The notes: generated from the sequence alone by a model not told the origin. DNA of 63,357 bases, filler included, from Acetivibrio sp. (GCF_035371925.1; 4 parts of 4 records of this genome joined end to end with filler, not necessarily neighbours in it); one strand, 5' to 3'; shown: positions 1 through 11,287, counted from the first letter of the whole stretch. Numbers and translations are program-made.

Positions 1-2
1 AT

Positions 3-53
3 TTGAGTCACTTCTTTTTTATCATGTTTGGGCAATTAATTTTACAACTTACC
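3..53 (-). mobile_element. Terminal end of an insertion sequence (family uncertain, IS256-like GG..TGTAAAA terminus) at the contig break
   Basis: Positions 3-53 are the exact reverse complement of 63307-63357 (GGTAAGTTGTAAAATTAATTGCCCAAACATGATAAAAAAGAAGTGACTCAA). Both copies lie at the window ends and the other copy cuts a Kelch gene. Confidence 0.7.
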
Positions 54-117
54 GTCATACAATGAAATATGTAAGCAAAAAAGAGGGTGTATACATTAAC
101 GTTACCATAATATTGGT

Positions 118-852
118 TCAGTAATAAACCTCCACCAGATACAAGCCTTCTGCAGGGGCCGTTCTTCCTGCGTTTTTTCTATTTTGACTTTCGATTATCT
201 TGGGTATATCATCGGCATTTATCCTCCCCATACCCACATCCACTAAAGTTCCGACTATTATTCTCACCATATTGTACAGAAATCCGTTTCCGGATATCTC
301 AAACTTTATTGATTTATCGTCCCTTTCCAAAGAGACATCCGTAATGGTTCTCACAGAAGTTTTTACACTGCTGCCGCTTGCCCGAAAGGAAGAGAAATCA
401 TGGGTGCCCAAAAAGTATGATGCCGCCTTTTTCATACTTTCAAAATCCAGTTTATATGACACATGAAATGCCCTGTTTCTTAGAAGAGCAGAGGGAAATT
501 GGGAGTTGTAAATCAGATATCTGTACTTTTTCCCTTTTGACTTAAACCGGGCATGAAAGTCCAAGCTTACTTCTTGGGACTCTCTTATCACTATATCATC
601 GGGAAGCATCCTGTTTAGGGCATAAGAAAATCTGTCGCCCGGTATATTAGAACCGGTCTTGAAATTTGCCACCTGCCCTAATGCGTGTACTCCGAAATCA
701 GTCCTGCTTGCACCCGTAAGTTCAACCTTCTCTCCGGTAAGCCCTTTTATCGCTCTTTCAATTGTATCCTGCACAGTTTTGGCATTCTTCTGCTTTTGCC
801 AGCCGTGATAGTTGGTACCGTCGTATTCAATTATCAGTTTTACATTCCTCAT
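118..852 (-). CDS. truA: tRNA pseudouridine(38-40) synthase TruA
   Basis: [30 protein letters not shown] and [12 protein letters not shown] motifs; usual position after ecfT. Confidence 0.97.
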   Translation of the reverse strand: MRNVKLIIEYDGTNYHGWQKQKNAKTVQDTIERAIKGLTGEKVELTGASRTDFGVHALGQVANFKTGSNIPGDRFSYALNRMLPDDIVIRESQEVSLDFHARFKSKGKKYRYLIYNSQFPSALLRNRAFHVSYKLDFESMKKAASYFLGTHDFSSFRASGSSVKTSVRTITDVSLERDDKSIKFEISGNGFLYNMVRIIVGTLVDVGMGRINADDIPKIIESQNRKNAGRTAPAEGLYLVEVYY

Positions 853-937
853 AGCATCTTCCTTACACTTTTTTCTTTTTTAAATAATTCAAGGGCAAAA
901 GCCCCGTCGCCTTTGCCCCCTGTCAGTTTATTTATAA

Positions 938-1891
938 TCAGCAGTCTTTTCCCAGCATTGCAGCACCGATTATTCCGGCGTCATTGCCCATTTGAGCCGT
1001 TTTAAGCTGCGTTTGAGGTATATCCTCTTTGCTGTAAACTCCCTGTTTTATAAGCTCTCTAAGAGGCTTTAAAAGGTATTCCCCTTCCTTGCATATTCCT
1101 CCGCCTATTACCAGTATCTCCGGCATAAATATGTTTATCATGTTGATAAGTCCCTCAGCAATATATCTTATATATTGCTGTACCACCATCTCACCTGTTT
1201 TGTCGCCCTGCTTTGCAGCATCGAAGGGAACTTTTGCATCGATTTTTGACAAATCTCCTCCTACAAGCTTGTTTATAAGGGAATCGGGATTTTCCTGAGC
1301 GGCCTTTCTGGCCTGTCTGATAAGCGCAGTTGCCGAAGCATATGCTTCCCAACAACCCTTTCTTCCACAGGAGCAAGGCTCTCCATCCACCATCAGAACT
1401 GTATGACCCAGTTCTCCTCCTGCATAGTTGAAACCGCTGTATATTTTGCCGTCTATTACTACTCCTCCGCCGATTCCCGTACCCAAAGTTATGGTTACGG
1501 AAGTTTTTGCTCCCTTTGCCGCACCTGCCACACTTTCGGCAAGAGCCGCACAGTTTGCGTCATTGTCGAGATATACGGGCAAATCAATATATTTTTGCAT
1601 TTCAGACCTTATTGGGACATTTCTGAAATTTAAGTTGTTGTTGTAGACAAGAATTCCATCCTTGCAGTTTGGTGTACCGGGACTGCCAACCCCGATATTT
1701 TTAACCTGGTCAACGCTAAAACCCGCATCCTTTATTACCTTTTGGGTAAGCATTGCCATATCCTTGATTATCTCCTGATACGGTCTTTCCCTCAGTGTCG
1801 GGACACTGTCTTTGTGAAGTATTTTACCTTCTTCATTTACCAAGCCTACGGCGATATTCGTTCCGCCAAGATCAATTCCTATGTAGTACAT
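938..1891 (-). CDS. ROK family glucokinase
   Basis: IGIDLGGT, LDNDANCAAL, GTGIGGG, GELGH and CSCGRKGCWEAYAS motifs. ATG at 1891 follows an AGGAGG RBS, so the ORF-track start at 1948 is probably too long. Confidence 0.92.
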   Translation of the reverse strand: MYYIGIDLGGTNIAVGLVNEEGKILHKDSVPTLRERPYQEIIKDMAMLTQKVIKDAGFSVDQVKNIGVGSPGTPNCKDGILVYNNNLNFRNVPIRSEMQKYIDLPVYLDNDANCAALAESVAGAAKGAKTSVTITLGTGIGGGVVIDGKIYSGFNYAGGELGHTVLMVDGEPCSCGRKGCWEAYASATALIRQARKAAQENPDSLINKLVGGDLSKIDAKVPFDAAKQGDKTGEMVVQQYIRYIAEGLINMINIFMPEILVIGGGICKEGEYLLKPLRELIKQGVYSKEDIPQTQLKTAQMGNDAGIIGAAMLGKDC

Positions 1892-2199
1892 TTTAATCCT
1901 CCTAGTACAATATAGTGTAAGCAAATAACAGCCCTTTACCCGCTGCAATTACCAGACTTCAATAGATTTGGCCAACTGCTTTGCCTTAACGTTCAATGTA
2001 TATTATATACTAATTTTTTGCACTTGTAAAAGTACTTGTGTTCCTTAAAAATATAATATTAGTCAACATAGAATGTGGCATAAAACGCGCAAACGCCTTT
2101 ATGAAATTCCATAAATCCATCTGAGCTTTTAAGATAGAATACTGCTAAAGCTATCCATTCTCCCGGATTTTATGTATAAGATGCATTATCAATTCATCA

Positions 2200-2604
2200 T
2201 CAGGTTTTCAGGGTTGTAATAAACATAGGTATCGACTCATCTGCTGAACAAAAACCGCATCTTTTATAAAACTCCAGTGCTTTTGGATATGCTATTAAGA
2301 CTTTTCTTAAGTAGTCCTTGTATTCATCCAGCATCAGTGACATAAGTTTCTTGCCGATTCCTTTGCATTGATAATCGGGACGTACCAACATAAAGTGTAT
2401 ATATGCTGTCATTATGCCGTCAGACAAGCAGTTTACCAATCCTACCAGCTTATCTCCATCCCAAGCAGAATATACTGAAGATGAATTTTTCATTGCAATT
2501 TTAAGCTTGTCAGGGTAGTTTCCCGAATCCCATTCTATCGATAAAAACAAATCTCTTAGTTGTTCTTCTTCAAAATCTTTTATGCTTTTATATTGAATAT
2601 TCAT
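2200..2604 (-). CDS. GNAT family N-acetyltransferase
   Basis: VRPDYQCKGIGKKLM acetyl-CoA motif and FYKRCGF. Confidence 0.9.
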   Translation of the reverse strand: MNIQYKSIKDFEEEQLRDLFLSIEWDSGNYPDKLKIAMKNSSSVYSAWDGDKLVGLVNCLSDGIMTAYIHFMLVRPDYQCKGIGKKLMSLMLDEYKDYLRKVLIAYPKALEFYKRCGFCSADESIPMFITTLKT

Positions 2605-2829
2605 AACCGCCTTGTACGATATAGTCAGTAACTAAACCATACTTCCCCCTTATTTTATTTTTTACCCTATCGGACAGTCTCTTTTTAGCCTTGAAACGAT
2701 GTTTTTACATTATAAGCTCTTTTCTCATGTCCATACCCTTTCGGGATTTTTGTATCATTACTGCGATTTCTGCCAATAGCTTCTTCTCCAAGATATAAAT
2801 CATACATACAGGTCAAAATATAGCCTGTT

Positions 2830-3648
2830 TTATACATGCAATCTGAAATATTGCACGTATATTAAAACAACTTCAAAAACCAAAAAGAATAATATAATTC
2901 TAAAATCAACCCCAGACAGCTTCATTCTCTTCATTCTTGTCCTTCCCTCTCCGCCTCTGTAGCAGCGTGCTTCCATTGCCAATGCAAGGTCATCGGCCCT
3001 TCTAAATGCGCTGACAAACAGCGGAATCAATACAGGAATGAAGCTCTTTGCCCTGTCAAAGATGTTTCCCGTCTCAAAATCTGCTCCCCTGGAAGCCTGG
3101 GCTTTCATTATTTTATCGGTTTCTTCAAGCAGTGTGGGTATAGATCTTAATGCAACGGTCATCATCATTGAGAATTCATGCACCGGTACTTTTAATCGTT
3201 TTAACGGGCCCAAAAGCCTCTCCAGCCCATCCGTAAGGGATATGGGTGTAGTTGTCAAGGTCATAATGGATGAGCTCATAATCAAAAGAATAAGCCTCAC
3301 GCTCATTTTTACCGCAGTATCAATCCCTTCATAAGTGATTCGGATTGCTCCGTATCCCAAAAGTACCGTCCCCGGCGCGGTAAAAATATTGACCAAAGCT
3401 GTAAACACAATTATAGGCATTATTGGCTTTACGCCTTTTAGTGTGTATCCAAAAGGTATTCCGGCAATAAAAATTGTCATGACAATAAAACCTGAGAATA
3501 CAGCAAAGGCAAGATATGAATCTATAAGAAATATATTTGTCATTATAACCAGCGTCAGTACAATTTTTACTCTGGGGTCAGCCCTGTGTATCAATGAGTC
3601 TCCGGGAAAATACTGCCCCAGTGTTATATCCTTCATCATATGCTCCAT
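2830..3648 (-). CDS. ecfT: ECF transporter transmembrane component EcfT
   Basis: GQYFPGDS..HRADPRVK, AQASRG and AMEARCY (two A-R-G-type motifs); follows ecfA2. Confidence 0.93.
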   Translation of the reverse strand: MEHMMKDITLGQYFPGDSLIHRADPRVKIVLTLVIMTNIFLIDSYLAFAVFSGFIVMTIFIAGIPFGYTLKGVKPIMPIIVFTALVNIFTAPGTVLLGYGAIRITYEGIDTAVKMSVRLILLIMSSSIMTLTTTPISLTDGLERLLGPLKRLKVPVHEFSMMMTVALRSIPTLLEETDKIMKAQASRGADFETGNIFDRAKSFIPVLIPLFVSAFRRADDLALAMEARCYRGGEGRTRMKRMKLSGVDFRIILFFLVFEVVLIYVQYFRLHV

Positions 3649-4493
3649 TACGCCTTTCTTATGTATTTTGTCAATTCCTCTTTTGCCTCAGTAACGGTCA
3701 GGACATTATCATTTATTTCAGGAATTTTCTCTTTTAATTTTTTCATTAAATAGGTAATCTGCGGAGCCGCAAGTCCTATTCTTTCCAAATCGTCTATATT
3801 GCTAAAAACATTCCGGACCGGACCGCACATTTCTATTCTGCCCCTGTTCATTACTATTACCCGCCCAACGTATTTTGCCACATCCTCCATGCTGTGGGAT
3901 ACCAGCACCACCGTCATTTTATTGTTTTTATGCAGGTTTGAAATCAATTCAAATATTTCATCCCGCCCTCGTGGGTCCAGGCCTGCGGCCGGCTCGTCCA
4001 AAATGAGTATTGAGGGCTCTAATACCAATATTCCTGCCATGGCCACCCGCCGTTTCTGTCCCCCCGACAATTCAAAGGGTGACTTGTCCAATATGTCTTC
4101 CGAAAGGCCCAACATACTGACTGTCTTTCTGATCTTTTTATCAATTTCCTCTTTATTTTCGCCCCGCTTTACAAGGCCAAAAGCTATATCCCGGTAAACG
4201 GTCTCCTCAAACAATTGGTGTTCGGGATATTGAAAAACGATTCCTACCTGTCTTTTCAGCTCTTTTGCCTTTTTGCCGGTCAATTCTTCGCCATTTATAT
4301 ACACACTTCCGGAGGTTGGTTTCAAAAGGCCGTTAAAATGCTGGACGAGCGTGGATTTGCCCGAGCCTGTGTGGCCAATAATACCGATAAATTCTCCTGT
4401 TTCTATGCTCAAATTTATATTATCCAGTGCTAATTTTTCAAACGGAGTACCCTTCATATAAACGTATGTCAGATTGCTTACTTTTATGGACAT
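3648..4493 (-). CDS. ecfA2: ECF transporter ATPase EcfA2
   Basis: GHTGSGKST, VFQYPEHQLFE, LSGGQKRRVA and LDEPAAGLDP. Confidence 0.93.
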   Translation of the reverse strand: MSIKVSNLTYVYMKGTPFEKLALDNINLSIETGEFIGIIGHTGSGKSTLVQHFNGLLKPTSGSVYINGEELTGKKAKELKRQVGIVFQYPEHQLFEETVYRDIAFGLVKRGENKEEIDKKIRKTVSMLGLSEDILDKSPFELSGGQKRRVAMAGILVLEPSILILDEPAAGLDPRGRDEIFELISNLHKNNKMTVVLVSHSMEDVAKYVGRVIVMNRGRIEMCGPVRNVFSNIDDLERIGLAAPQITYLMKKLKEKIPEINDNVLTVTEAKEELTKYIRKA

Positions 4494-4736
4494 TTTTCCT
4501 CCTCAGTGTGTTTTAAAATATGCAGTTTAGCCACTTAAAGCATCAGTATTCTCCACTTATACGAGGTAGAATAAATCTATTGCCTCGTTATATTTATACA
4601 CTTTTTTACTTCCAACTTCAAGTGGAGTTTTCCTTAAAATAAATCATATTAATGAATTGTCTTGGCCTGTTCTATGGTATAATTGTGACTGTGAAAACTA
4701 AAGATAAATATATATACATTTGAAAGGTGGCTTTAT

Positions 4737-5327
4737 ATGAATCATTATTACACTCAAAACCCTGATGCTCCCCATGATATAAGTACAATTATTTATACTG
4801 TGGAAGACTTGACTTTAAAGCTCAACACCGATTCCGGGGTTTTTTCAAAAAGAAGAGTTGATTTCGGCAGTGACCTTTTAATAAGGTCCATTCCGCCGGT
4901 TTCCGGCAACATTCTTGATATTGGATGCGGCTATGGTGTTATCGGTATCTCCCTTGCCCTTTTAAACCCTTCTTCGTCTGTTACCATGATTGACATTAAT
5001 GAAAGGGCTGTTGATTTGGCTATGCAAAATATTCGTCTAAATGGTGTTAAAAATGCCAATGTTTTGGTTAGCGATGGCTTTTCCAATGTTTCAGGCAAAT
5101 TTGATGCTATTGTAAGCAATCCCCCGATACGAACCGGAAAGAAAGTAATCTACCCGATATTTGAGAACAGCATAAACTTTTTAAATCCTGGAGGTTCAAT
5201 TTATCTTGTAATACAAAAGAAGCAGGGAGCAAGCTCTGCAATTAATTTCCTTAATACAGTTTATGGAAATTGCGAGGTTATCAATAAGAAAGCAGGATAT
5301 TGGATAATAAAGAGTACCAAAGAATAG
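4737..5327 (+). CDS. Class I SAM-dependent methyltransferase, RsmC/YbxB-like
   Basis: HYY..., SGVFSKRRVDFGS, LDIGCGYG and SNPPIR motifs; extended -10 TGGTATAAT at 4675-4683. Confidence 0.88.
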   Translation: MNHYYTQNPDAPHDISTIIYTVEDLTLKLNTDSGVFSKRRVDFGSDLLIRSIPPVSGNILDIGCGYGVIGISLALLNPSSSVTMIDINERAVDLAMQNIRLNGVKNANVLVSDGFSNVSGKFDAIVSNPPIRTGKKVIYPIFENSINFLNPGGSIYLVIQKKQGASSAINFLNTVYGNCEVINKKAGYWIIKSTKE

Positions 5328-5368
5328 AACTGATTTTCATGCTGAACTGTATGAGTCAAATATACCGG

Positions 5369-6229
5369 TTAGTATCCGGCTTTAGTAATCATGTCGACGA
5401 GACATTGAGCTGCCTCTTCGACACTTAGGACGTTGTCCGGCACATTATAGCCGTCTTTTTTTAGCTCATGAAACAATTCCGCAACTTGCGGCACATCAAG
5501 CCCTAAGGCTTTGATTTCTTCTACTTTTGAAAATATTTCATGGGGCTTTCCGTCCATTACGATTTCCCCTTCGTCAATTACCAGTACCCTTTTGGCGAGT
5601 ACTGCCTCCTCCATGTGATGGGTAATGTGAATGATTGTTATGTTTTCCTTTTGATTTAAGTCTTGAAGGACTTTTAAAACTTCTTTTCTTCCAACAGGAT
5701 CAAGCATGGATGTTGCTTCATCAAGAACAATGCATTTTGGCTTCATAGCTAAAATGCCCGCTATTGCCACCCTTTGCTTTTGACCTCCCGACAAATGGTG
5801 GGGAGATGCATTTCTTTGCTCCTCCATTCCCACACTTTTTAGAGCCTCAGTTACTCTATTTACAATCTCTTCCGAAGGTATTCCAAGGTTCTCCGGGCCA
5901 AACGCAACATCCTCCTCCACAGATGTTGCTATTATCTGATTATCCGGATTTTGAAATACCATGCCCACCGTTGTCCTTATTTCCCACAAGTTTGCTTCAT
6001 CCGTGGTCTTTTTTCCGCCTATGTAGAGTACTCCTTGGGTGGGAACCAAAATAGCATTGAGAAGCCTTGCAAAAGTCGATTTTCCGGAGCCGTTCCGGCC
6101 AATAACAACTACGAATTCCCCTTCCTGTATTTTGGTGTTTACCTCTCTTAATACAGAAGCTTTAGGAGTATTGTCATTATTTTTTTTGTATGCAAACTCT
6201 ACGTTACTGGCTTTTACTATTACATCCAT
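5369..6229 (-). CDS. ecfA1: ECF transporter ATPase EcfA1
   Basis: [27 protein letters not shown] and [13 protein letters not shown] at 6229 has a GGGGAG RBS (ORF track extends to 6307). Confidence 0.93.
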   Translation of the reverse strand: MDVIVKASNVEFAYKKNNDNTPKASVLREVNTKIQEGEFVVVIGRNGSGKSTFARLLNAILVPTQGVLYIGGKKTTDEANLWEIRTTVGMVFQNPDNQIIATSVEEDVAFGPENLGIPSEEIVNRVTEALKSVGMEEQRNASPHHLSGGQKQRVAIAGILAMKPKCIVLDEATSMLDPVGRKEVLKVLQDLNQKENITIIHITHHMEEAVLAKRVLVIDEGEIVMDGKPHEIFSKVEEIKALGLDVPQVAELFHELKKDGYNVPDNVLSVEEAAQCLVDMITKAGY

Positions 6230-6313
6230 CTTTTTTACTCCCCTAATAAAACAGGGATTAAGGTGAATTTCCGTAACACCCAATCCCCGTAAGTCATCCA
6301 GCTTCATTTAATA

Positions 6314-6838
6314 CTAAACCAGTTGCAGAACTACCATCTCTGCAGCATCGCCTTTTCTTGGCCCAATTTTGTAGATTCTTGTGTATCCACCGTTTACGTC
6401 TTTATACTTGGGCGCAATCTCATCAAACAACTTGTTTGCAAGGTTGATTGTATTACCCTCACTGTCTTTGACTCTGTACAACCATGTCATAACTTTTCTT
6501 CTTGCATGGAGTCTTGAAGGGTTGTCAACTCTCTGCATGTCAGTCTTGACTTCTCTTTCTACAACCAGATACTCATTACCGTTTTTAGATTTCTTGGTAT
6601 TGGTAATCTTGTTACCCTTCGAATCCACTTTTGCAGCACTTACTTTTACCTGCTTGGATGTGAAGTTGTCACATTCCTTTACAGCTATTGCAATAAGCTT
6701 TTCTGCTATATTTTTAACTTCCTTGGCTCTCGCTTCAGTCGTTTCTATTTTGCCATTTTGAAATAAAGCAGTAACAAGACTCTTTAAAACTGCTTTTCTC
6801 TGGTCAGTAGCACGTCCGAGTTTCCTTTGTGCCGGCAT
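6314..6838 (-). CDS. rplQ: 50S ribosomal protein L17 (long form with internal insertion)
   Basis: RKLGRATDQRKA, IETTEARAKE and GGYTRIYKIGPRKGDAAEM. Confidence 0.97.
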   Translation of the reverse strand: MPAQRKLGRATDQRKAVLKSLVTALFQNGKIETTEARAKEVKNIAEKLIAIAVKECDNFTSKQVKVSAAKVDSKGNKITNTKKSKNGNEYLVVEREVKTDMQRVDNPSRLHARRKVMTWLYRVKDSEGNTINLANKLFDEIAPKYKDVNGGYTRIYKIGPRKGDAAEMVVLQLV

Positions 6839-6923
6839 TCTTATACCTCCTTTGCTTAAGTCTGCTATGATTGGACATAAACTTAAAAATCATAGTCTTT
6901 TTTACTATTTAATCTTTTCACGG

Positions 6924-7874
6924 TTAGTCTTCACTTGGCGCCAAAGACAATCCCAAAGCTTTCAGCTTGTTTATGACCTCTTCAAGAGATTTTCTACCAA
7001 GATTTCTAACCTTCATCATATCTTCCTCGGTTCTGTTTGTAAGATCCTCAACAGTGTTTATACCTGCTCTCTTCAAGCAGTTGTAAGATCTTACGGAAAG
7101 GTCAAGTTCTTCAATAGTCATTTCAAGAACTTTTTCCTTCTTTGTTTCTTCTCTCTCGACCATTATCTCAGCATTCTTTGCATTATCGGACAGGTCGATA
7201 AATAAGTTGAGATGCTCGCTTAATATTTTTGCACCCAGACTGATTGCTTCATCCGGCTTGATACTTCCGTTTGTCCAAACTTCCAAAGTCAGCTTGTCAT
7301 AGTCGGTAACCTGTCCTACACGTGTGTTTTCCACCGTATAGTTAACCTTGTTTACCGGTGTAAAAATTGAATCGATGGGTATAACACCTATCGGCTGACC
7401 GGGATGCTTATTCTTTTCGGCAGATACATATCCTCTGCCCTTGTCAATGGTCATCTCCATATAAAGCCTGTGCTCACCGCTCAAAGTCGCAATCTTGAGA
7501 TCCGGGTTAAGAATTTCAACATCAGAATCCACTTTGATATCCGATGCCTTTACTTCTCCTTCTCCCTCAGCATCAATATATATAACCTTTGGACCGTCTC
7601 CGTGAAGATTTAACGATAGCTCTTTAATATTAAGGATTATTTCTGTTACGTCCTCAACTACGCCAGGTATTGTTGAAAACTCATGCAGTACGCCATCTAT
7701 CTTGATTGAGGTTACAGCTACACCGGGCAAAGATGAAAGCAATATTCTTCTTAGTGAATTACCAAGAGTGATACCATATCCTCTTTCCAATGGTTCTACT
7801 ACAAATTTCCCATATCTATTGTCTTCACTGGATATTACACATTCAATCTTCGGCTTTTCAATTTCTATCATCAA
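6924..7874 (-). CDS. rpoA: RNA polymerase subunit alpha
   Basis: [22 protein letters not shown] and [16 protein letters not shown]. Confidence 0.99.
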   Translation of the reverse strand: MMIEIEKPKIECVISSEDNRYGKFVVEPLERGYGITLGNSLRRILLSSLPGVAVTSIKIDGVLHEFSTIPGVVEDVTEIILNIKELSLNLHGDGPKVIYIDAEGEGEVKASDIKVDSDVEILNPDLKIATLSGEHRLYMEMTIDKGRGYVSAEKNKHPGQPIGVIPIDSIFTPVNKVNYTVENTRVGQVTDYDKLTLEVWTNGSIKPDEAISLGAKILSEHLNLFIDLSDNAKNAEIMVEREETKKEKVLEMTIEELDLSVRSYNCLKRAGINTVEDLTNRTEEDMMKVRNLGRKSLEEVINKLKALGLSLAPSED

Positions 7875-8015
7875 AAACCCTCCTTTGAACTATTATATTT
7901 TTTGAGGGCAACTGATTCAAAGTTCTTTATCTCTCAATTCAACTATGATTAAACCTTCATCTCTATTGTTATAATCCTCAGTTGCTGAACCGGAAATATA
8001 CAAACATACATCTTA

Positions 8016-8642
8016 TTACTTGGAGTACAACTCAACTATGAGGCTCTCTTTCAGTGGCAGATCAATATCTTCTCTTACAGGTAAAGCTACTACCTTTGCA
8101 GACATTTCTTCGGCATCATATTCCAACCACTGTGGCTTCGGTTTTCCAGCTGCATACTCTTTATTGTCCTTCATTTTTGCTGTGCTCTTGCTCTTTTCGG
8201 TTACTGCTATTACGTCTCCAAGCTTAACAAGATAAGATGGAATATTTACCCTTTTTCCGTTAACGGTAAAATGTCCGTGTCTTACCAACTGTCTGGCCTC
8301 AGGCCTTGAAAGCGCGAGACCCATTCTATAAACAACATTATCAAGTCTCAGCTCGAGAATTTGAAGAAGGTTTTCACCGGCGATACCCTTCTTTTTAACA
8401 GCCATATCAAAGTACTTTCTAAACTGACTTTCCAAAAGTCCGTAATATCTTTTAGCCTTCTGCTTTTCACGAAGCTGAAGTCCATATTCTGACAATTTCT
8501 TTTTGTTTTGGCCGTGCTGTCCGGGAGCATATCCTCTCCTGGCAACCGCACATTTATTTGTAGTGCATCTTTCACCCTTCAAGTAGAGCTTCTCACCCTC
8601 CCTGCGGCAGAGTCTGCAAGATGCGTCGGTATATCTTGCCAT
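8016..8642 (-). CDS. rpsD: 30S ribosomal protein S4 (zinc-ribbon type)
   Basis: [26 protein letters not shown] and LIVELYSK. Confidence 0.99.
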   Translation of the reverse strand: MARYTDASCRLCRREGEKLYLKGERCTTNKCAVARRGYAPGQHGQNKKKLSEYGLQLREKQKAKRYYGLLESQFRKYFDMAVKKKGIAGENLLQILELRLDNVVYRMGLALSRPEARQLVRHGHFTVNGKRVNIPSYLVKLGDVIAVTEKSKSTAKMKDNKEYAAGKPKPQWLEYDAEEMSAKVVALPVREDIDLPLKESLIVELYSK

Positions 8643-8695
8643 TTAATTTTACACCTCCAAGAAAAATATTAAAAGTTTATATTTAACCACGACTA

Positions 8696-9100
8696 CTATA
8701 CTCTTCTTCTCTTAGGTGGCCTACAGCCATTGTGAGGAATAGGAGTCACATCTTTAATAAGGCTTACTTCAAGTCCTGCAGCCTGCAACGCTCTTATTGC
8801 AGCTTCTCTTCCGGAACCGGGACCTTTAACATAAACCTCTACAGTTTTAAGTCCATGCTCCATTGCTGCTTTAGCTGCCGCTTCAGCTGCCATCTGAGCT
8901 GCAAAAGGTGTGCTCTTTCTTGAACCTCTGAAGCCTAAGCTTCCGGCACTTGACCAGGAAAGGGTATTTCCTGAAACGTCAGTAAGTGTAACTATTGTAT
9001 TATTAAATGTTGAACGTATATGAGCCGCTCCACGTTCAATATTTTTACGCTCTCTTCTTTTTCTAGTAGTCCTTTTGGCACCACTTGCTTTGCTAGCCAT
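8696..9100 (-). CDS. rpsK: 30S ribosomal protein S11
   Basis: [17 protein letters not shown] and [18 protein letters not shown]. Confidence 0.99.
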   Translation of the reverse strand: MASKASGAKRTTRKRRERKNIERGAAHIRSTFNNTIVTLTDVSGNTLSWSSAGSLGFRGSRKSTPFAAQMAAEAAAKAAMEHGLKTVEVYVKGPGSGREAAIRALQAAGLEVSLIKDVTPIPHNGCRPPKRRRV

Positions 9101-9121
9101 TTAATCCCATACCTCCTTTTA

Positions 9122-9493
9122 CTATTTCTTTCTCTGTGCTCCGACAGTTCTCTTTGGGCCTTTTCTTGTCCTTGCATTGGTTTTGGTCCTTTGACCGCGA
9201 ACCGGAAGACCCATTCTATGTCTTCTTCCTCTGTAGCATCCGATTTCCATCAATCTCTTAATGTTGAGAGCGATTTCTCTTCTTAAATCTCCTTCAACCT
9301 TGTATTCTTTATCTATTATTTCCCTAAGTTTGCTAATTTCATTGTCTGTCAAATCTCTAACTCTTGTATCGGGGTTAATACCAGTTTTGCGCAAAATCTC
9401 ATTTGACAAAGTTCTGCCAATTCCATAGATGTAGGTTAACCCGATTTCCACTCTTTTTTCTCTGGGCAAATCAACTCCGGCAATACGTGCCAT
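9122..9493 (-). CDS. rpsM: 30S ribosomal protein S13
   Basis: [18 protein letters not shown] and NARTRKG. Confidence 0.99.
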   Translation of the reverse strand: MARIAGVDLPREKRVEIGLTYIYGIGRTLSNEILRKTGINPDTRVRDLTDNEISKLREIIDKEYKVEGDLRREIALNIKRLMEIGCYRGRRHRMGLPVRGQRTKTNARTRKGPKRTVGAQRKK

Positions 9494-9572
9494 CTTTTTT
9501 TTACACCTCCAACAAGTTACTCAAAATTAAATTCTTCGAATAATTTTTATATATAAAATAAACAATCCAGGT

Positions 9573-9625
9573 TATGATTACAGGCACACTTATTATACCT
9601 GCAACCATACAGCCGCACCTGTATG
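9573..9625 (-). promoter_or_regulatory. Putative structured leader of the alpha operon (two overlapping hairpins upstream of rpsM)
   Basis: Hairpin at 9606-9625 (7-bp stem) overlaps a hairpin at 9573-9609. The mismatches of the latter become G-U pairs only on the minus (mRNA) strand. Confidence 0.45.
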
Positions 9626-9649
9626 TTATTTTTGATTTAAAACTTCATC

Positions 9650-9808
9650 GGATGACAGTTGACAAAAGACAGCTGCCATAAAATTTATACTTTTAGAATT
9701 ACATCTGACCATATATAAAGTCTTCCATGTAATCCAAACTTTCATTTTAAAAAATAACTGTAACTATTTAATAATAGGCAAACTACTGTCCATTGTCAAC
9801 TGTCATCC
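9650..9808. repeat. Long-spaced inverted repeat (GGATGACAGTTGACAA / TTGTCAACTGTCATCC)
   Basis: Perfect 16-bp arms at 9650-9665 and 9793-9808, extending to about 23 bp with 2 mismatches, flanking AT-rich DNA. Confidence 0.7.
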
Positions 9809-9817
9809 CGAAAATTT

Positions 9818-9931
9818 TTATCCCTGTCTTTGTTTATGCTTAGGATTCTGGCAAATTACCATTACTCTTCCTTTTCTTCTGATTATTTTGCATTTTTCGC
9901 AAATAACCTTTACAGACGGTCTTACTTTCAT
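9818..9931 (-). CDS. rpmJ: 50S ribosomal protein L36 (missing from ORF track)
   Basis: Hand translation [45 protein letters not shown]. Confidence 0.98.
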   Translation of the reverse strand: MKVRPSVKVICEKCKIIRRKGRVMVICQNPKHKQRQG

Positions 9932-9950
9932 TTCCTTTTCCCTCCTTAAA

Positions 9951-10169
9951 TTACTTAGCCCTCCACGTTATCCTACCTCGGGTCAGATCATAAGGAGATA
10001 GCTCAACTGTAACCTTATCCCCTGGTAAAATCCTAATAAAATTCATCCTGAGTTTACCGGATATGTGGGCCAGTATTTTATGTCCGTTTTCCAATTCCAC
10101 CTCAAACATTGCATTTGGCAATGCTTCAACAACCTTACCTTCTACTTCAATAACATCTTCCTTAGACAA
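9951..10169 (-). CDS. infA: Translation initiation factor IF-1
   Basis: [35 protein letters not shown]. Confidence 0.99.
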   Translation of the reverse strand: MSKEDVIEVEGKVVEALPNAMFEVELENGHKILAHISGKLRMNFIRILPGDKVTVELSPYDLTRGRITWRAK

Positions 10170-10207
10170 GTCAACTCCTCCTTACTACTGATACCAAACC
10201 CTTTATT

Positions 10208-10513
10208 TCAATTAAACTCATCTTCTGCATCGCCAATTTCGGCCAATACTTTCCGAATTTCCGAATTCGAAACTTTAGTTCCGTTTTTCAATTTATCACT
10301 TAAAGGTAGTATAACTTTTTCGGTAATTCTAAGGTGCTTTATGTTCTTTGACTTTGGCTTTTCAACTCTTCTTAAGTCGCCATCTGCCACCAAAACACTT
10401 TTGTCATCTATTATGCCGATAACGACAAATTTACGTCCAAAGTCCCGTCCGGCTTTCGAGTAAACTACCTGCCCAACGTCAACTTTCATCAACTCACCTC
10501 TGTTCATTTTCAC
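10208..10513 (-). CDS. KOW-domain RNA-binding protein (L14e-like)
   Basis: VGQVVYSKAGRD, VADGDLRRVEKPK.KN.KHL; usual position between map and infA. The true start may be the internal MKVDVG. Confidence 0.88.
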   Translation of the reverse strand: MKMNRGELMKVDVGQVVYSKAGRDFGRKFVVIGIIDDKSVLVADGDLRRVEKPKSKNIKHLRITEKVILPLSDKLKNGTKVSNSEIRKVLAEIGDAEDEFN

Positions 10514-10516
10514 ACC

Positions 10517-11287
10517 TTAACTCAGCACGGTCAAAATTAAAGGTTCGTTTTCTGTTATCGCTATTGTGTTCTCATAATGGGCTGAAAGCTTACCGTCTGC
10601 TGTTACGACTGTCCATCCGTTTTGGAGAATCTTAACCATATACGTTCCCTGGTTCACCATAGGTTCTACAGCCAACGTCATACCAACTTCCAGCCTGGTT
10701 CTTTGACCACTGCATCTATAGTTCGGTATCTGCGGCTCCTCATGCATTTTTTTCCCTATGCCGTGACCGACGAAATCACGAACAACAGAAAAACCGTTTT
10801 CAACCACATAATCTTCTATAGAACCGGAAATATCGATTATTCTGTTGCCTTTTACTGCTTTCTCCAATCCTTTAAAAAAGCTCTCTTTCGTAACATCAAT
10901 CAGCCTTTGGGCTTCATCGGAAATCTTCCCAACCGCAAAAGTTCTGGCAGCATCTCCGTGAAAGCCGTTTATATAAGCACCAACATCGACACTAATAATA
11001 TCGCCATCTTTAAGCACTCTTAAACCCGGTATTCCGTGAACCACTTCATCATTTACCGAAGCACATATACTTCCGGGAAAGTCAGGAACATTCTTAAAAG
11101 CCGCCTTATAGCCCTTAAAAGACGGTACCGCTCCACACTTTCTAATTGTTTCTTCAGCAATTCTGTCAAGTTCAATCGTTGAAACACCGGGCTTAATGGC
11201 TTCTTCTACGTTTTTTAGGGCTAATGCTACTACTTCTCCAGCTTTTTTCATTAATTCAATTTCTTTTTTTGTTTTAATCGATATCAT
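10517..11287 (-). CDS. map: Type I methionyl aminopeptidase
   Basis: [30 protein letters not shown] and SAHYENT. Confidence 0.98.
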   Translation of the reverse strand: MISIKTKKEIELMKKAGEVVALALKNVEEAIKPGVSTIELDRIAEETIRKCGAVPSFKGYKAAFKNVPDFPGSICASVNDEVVHGIPGLRVLKDGDIISVDVGAYINGFHGDAARTFAVGKISDEAQRLIDVTKESFFKGLEKAVKGNRIIDISGSIEDYVVENGFSVVRDFVGHGIGKKMHEEPQIPNYRCSGQRTRLEVGMTLAVEPMVNQGTYMVKILQNGWTVVTADGKLSAHYENTIAITENEPLILTVLS

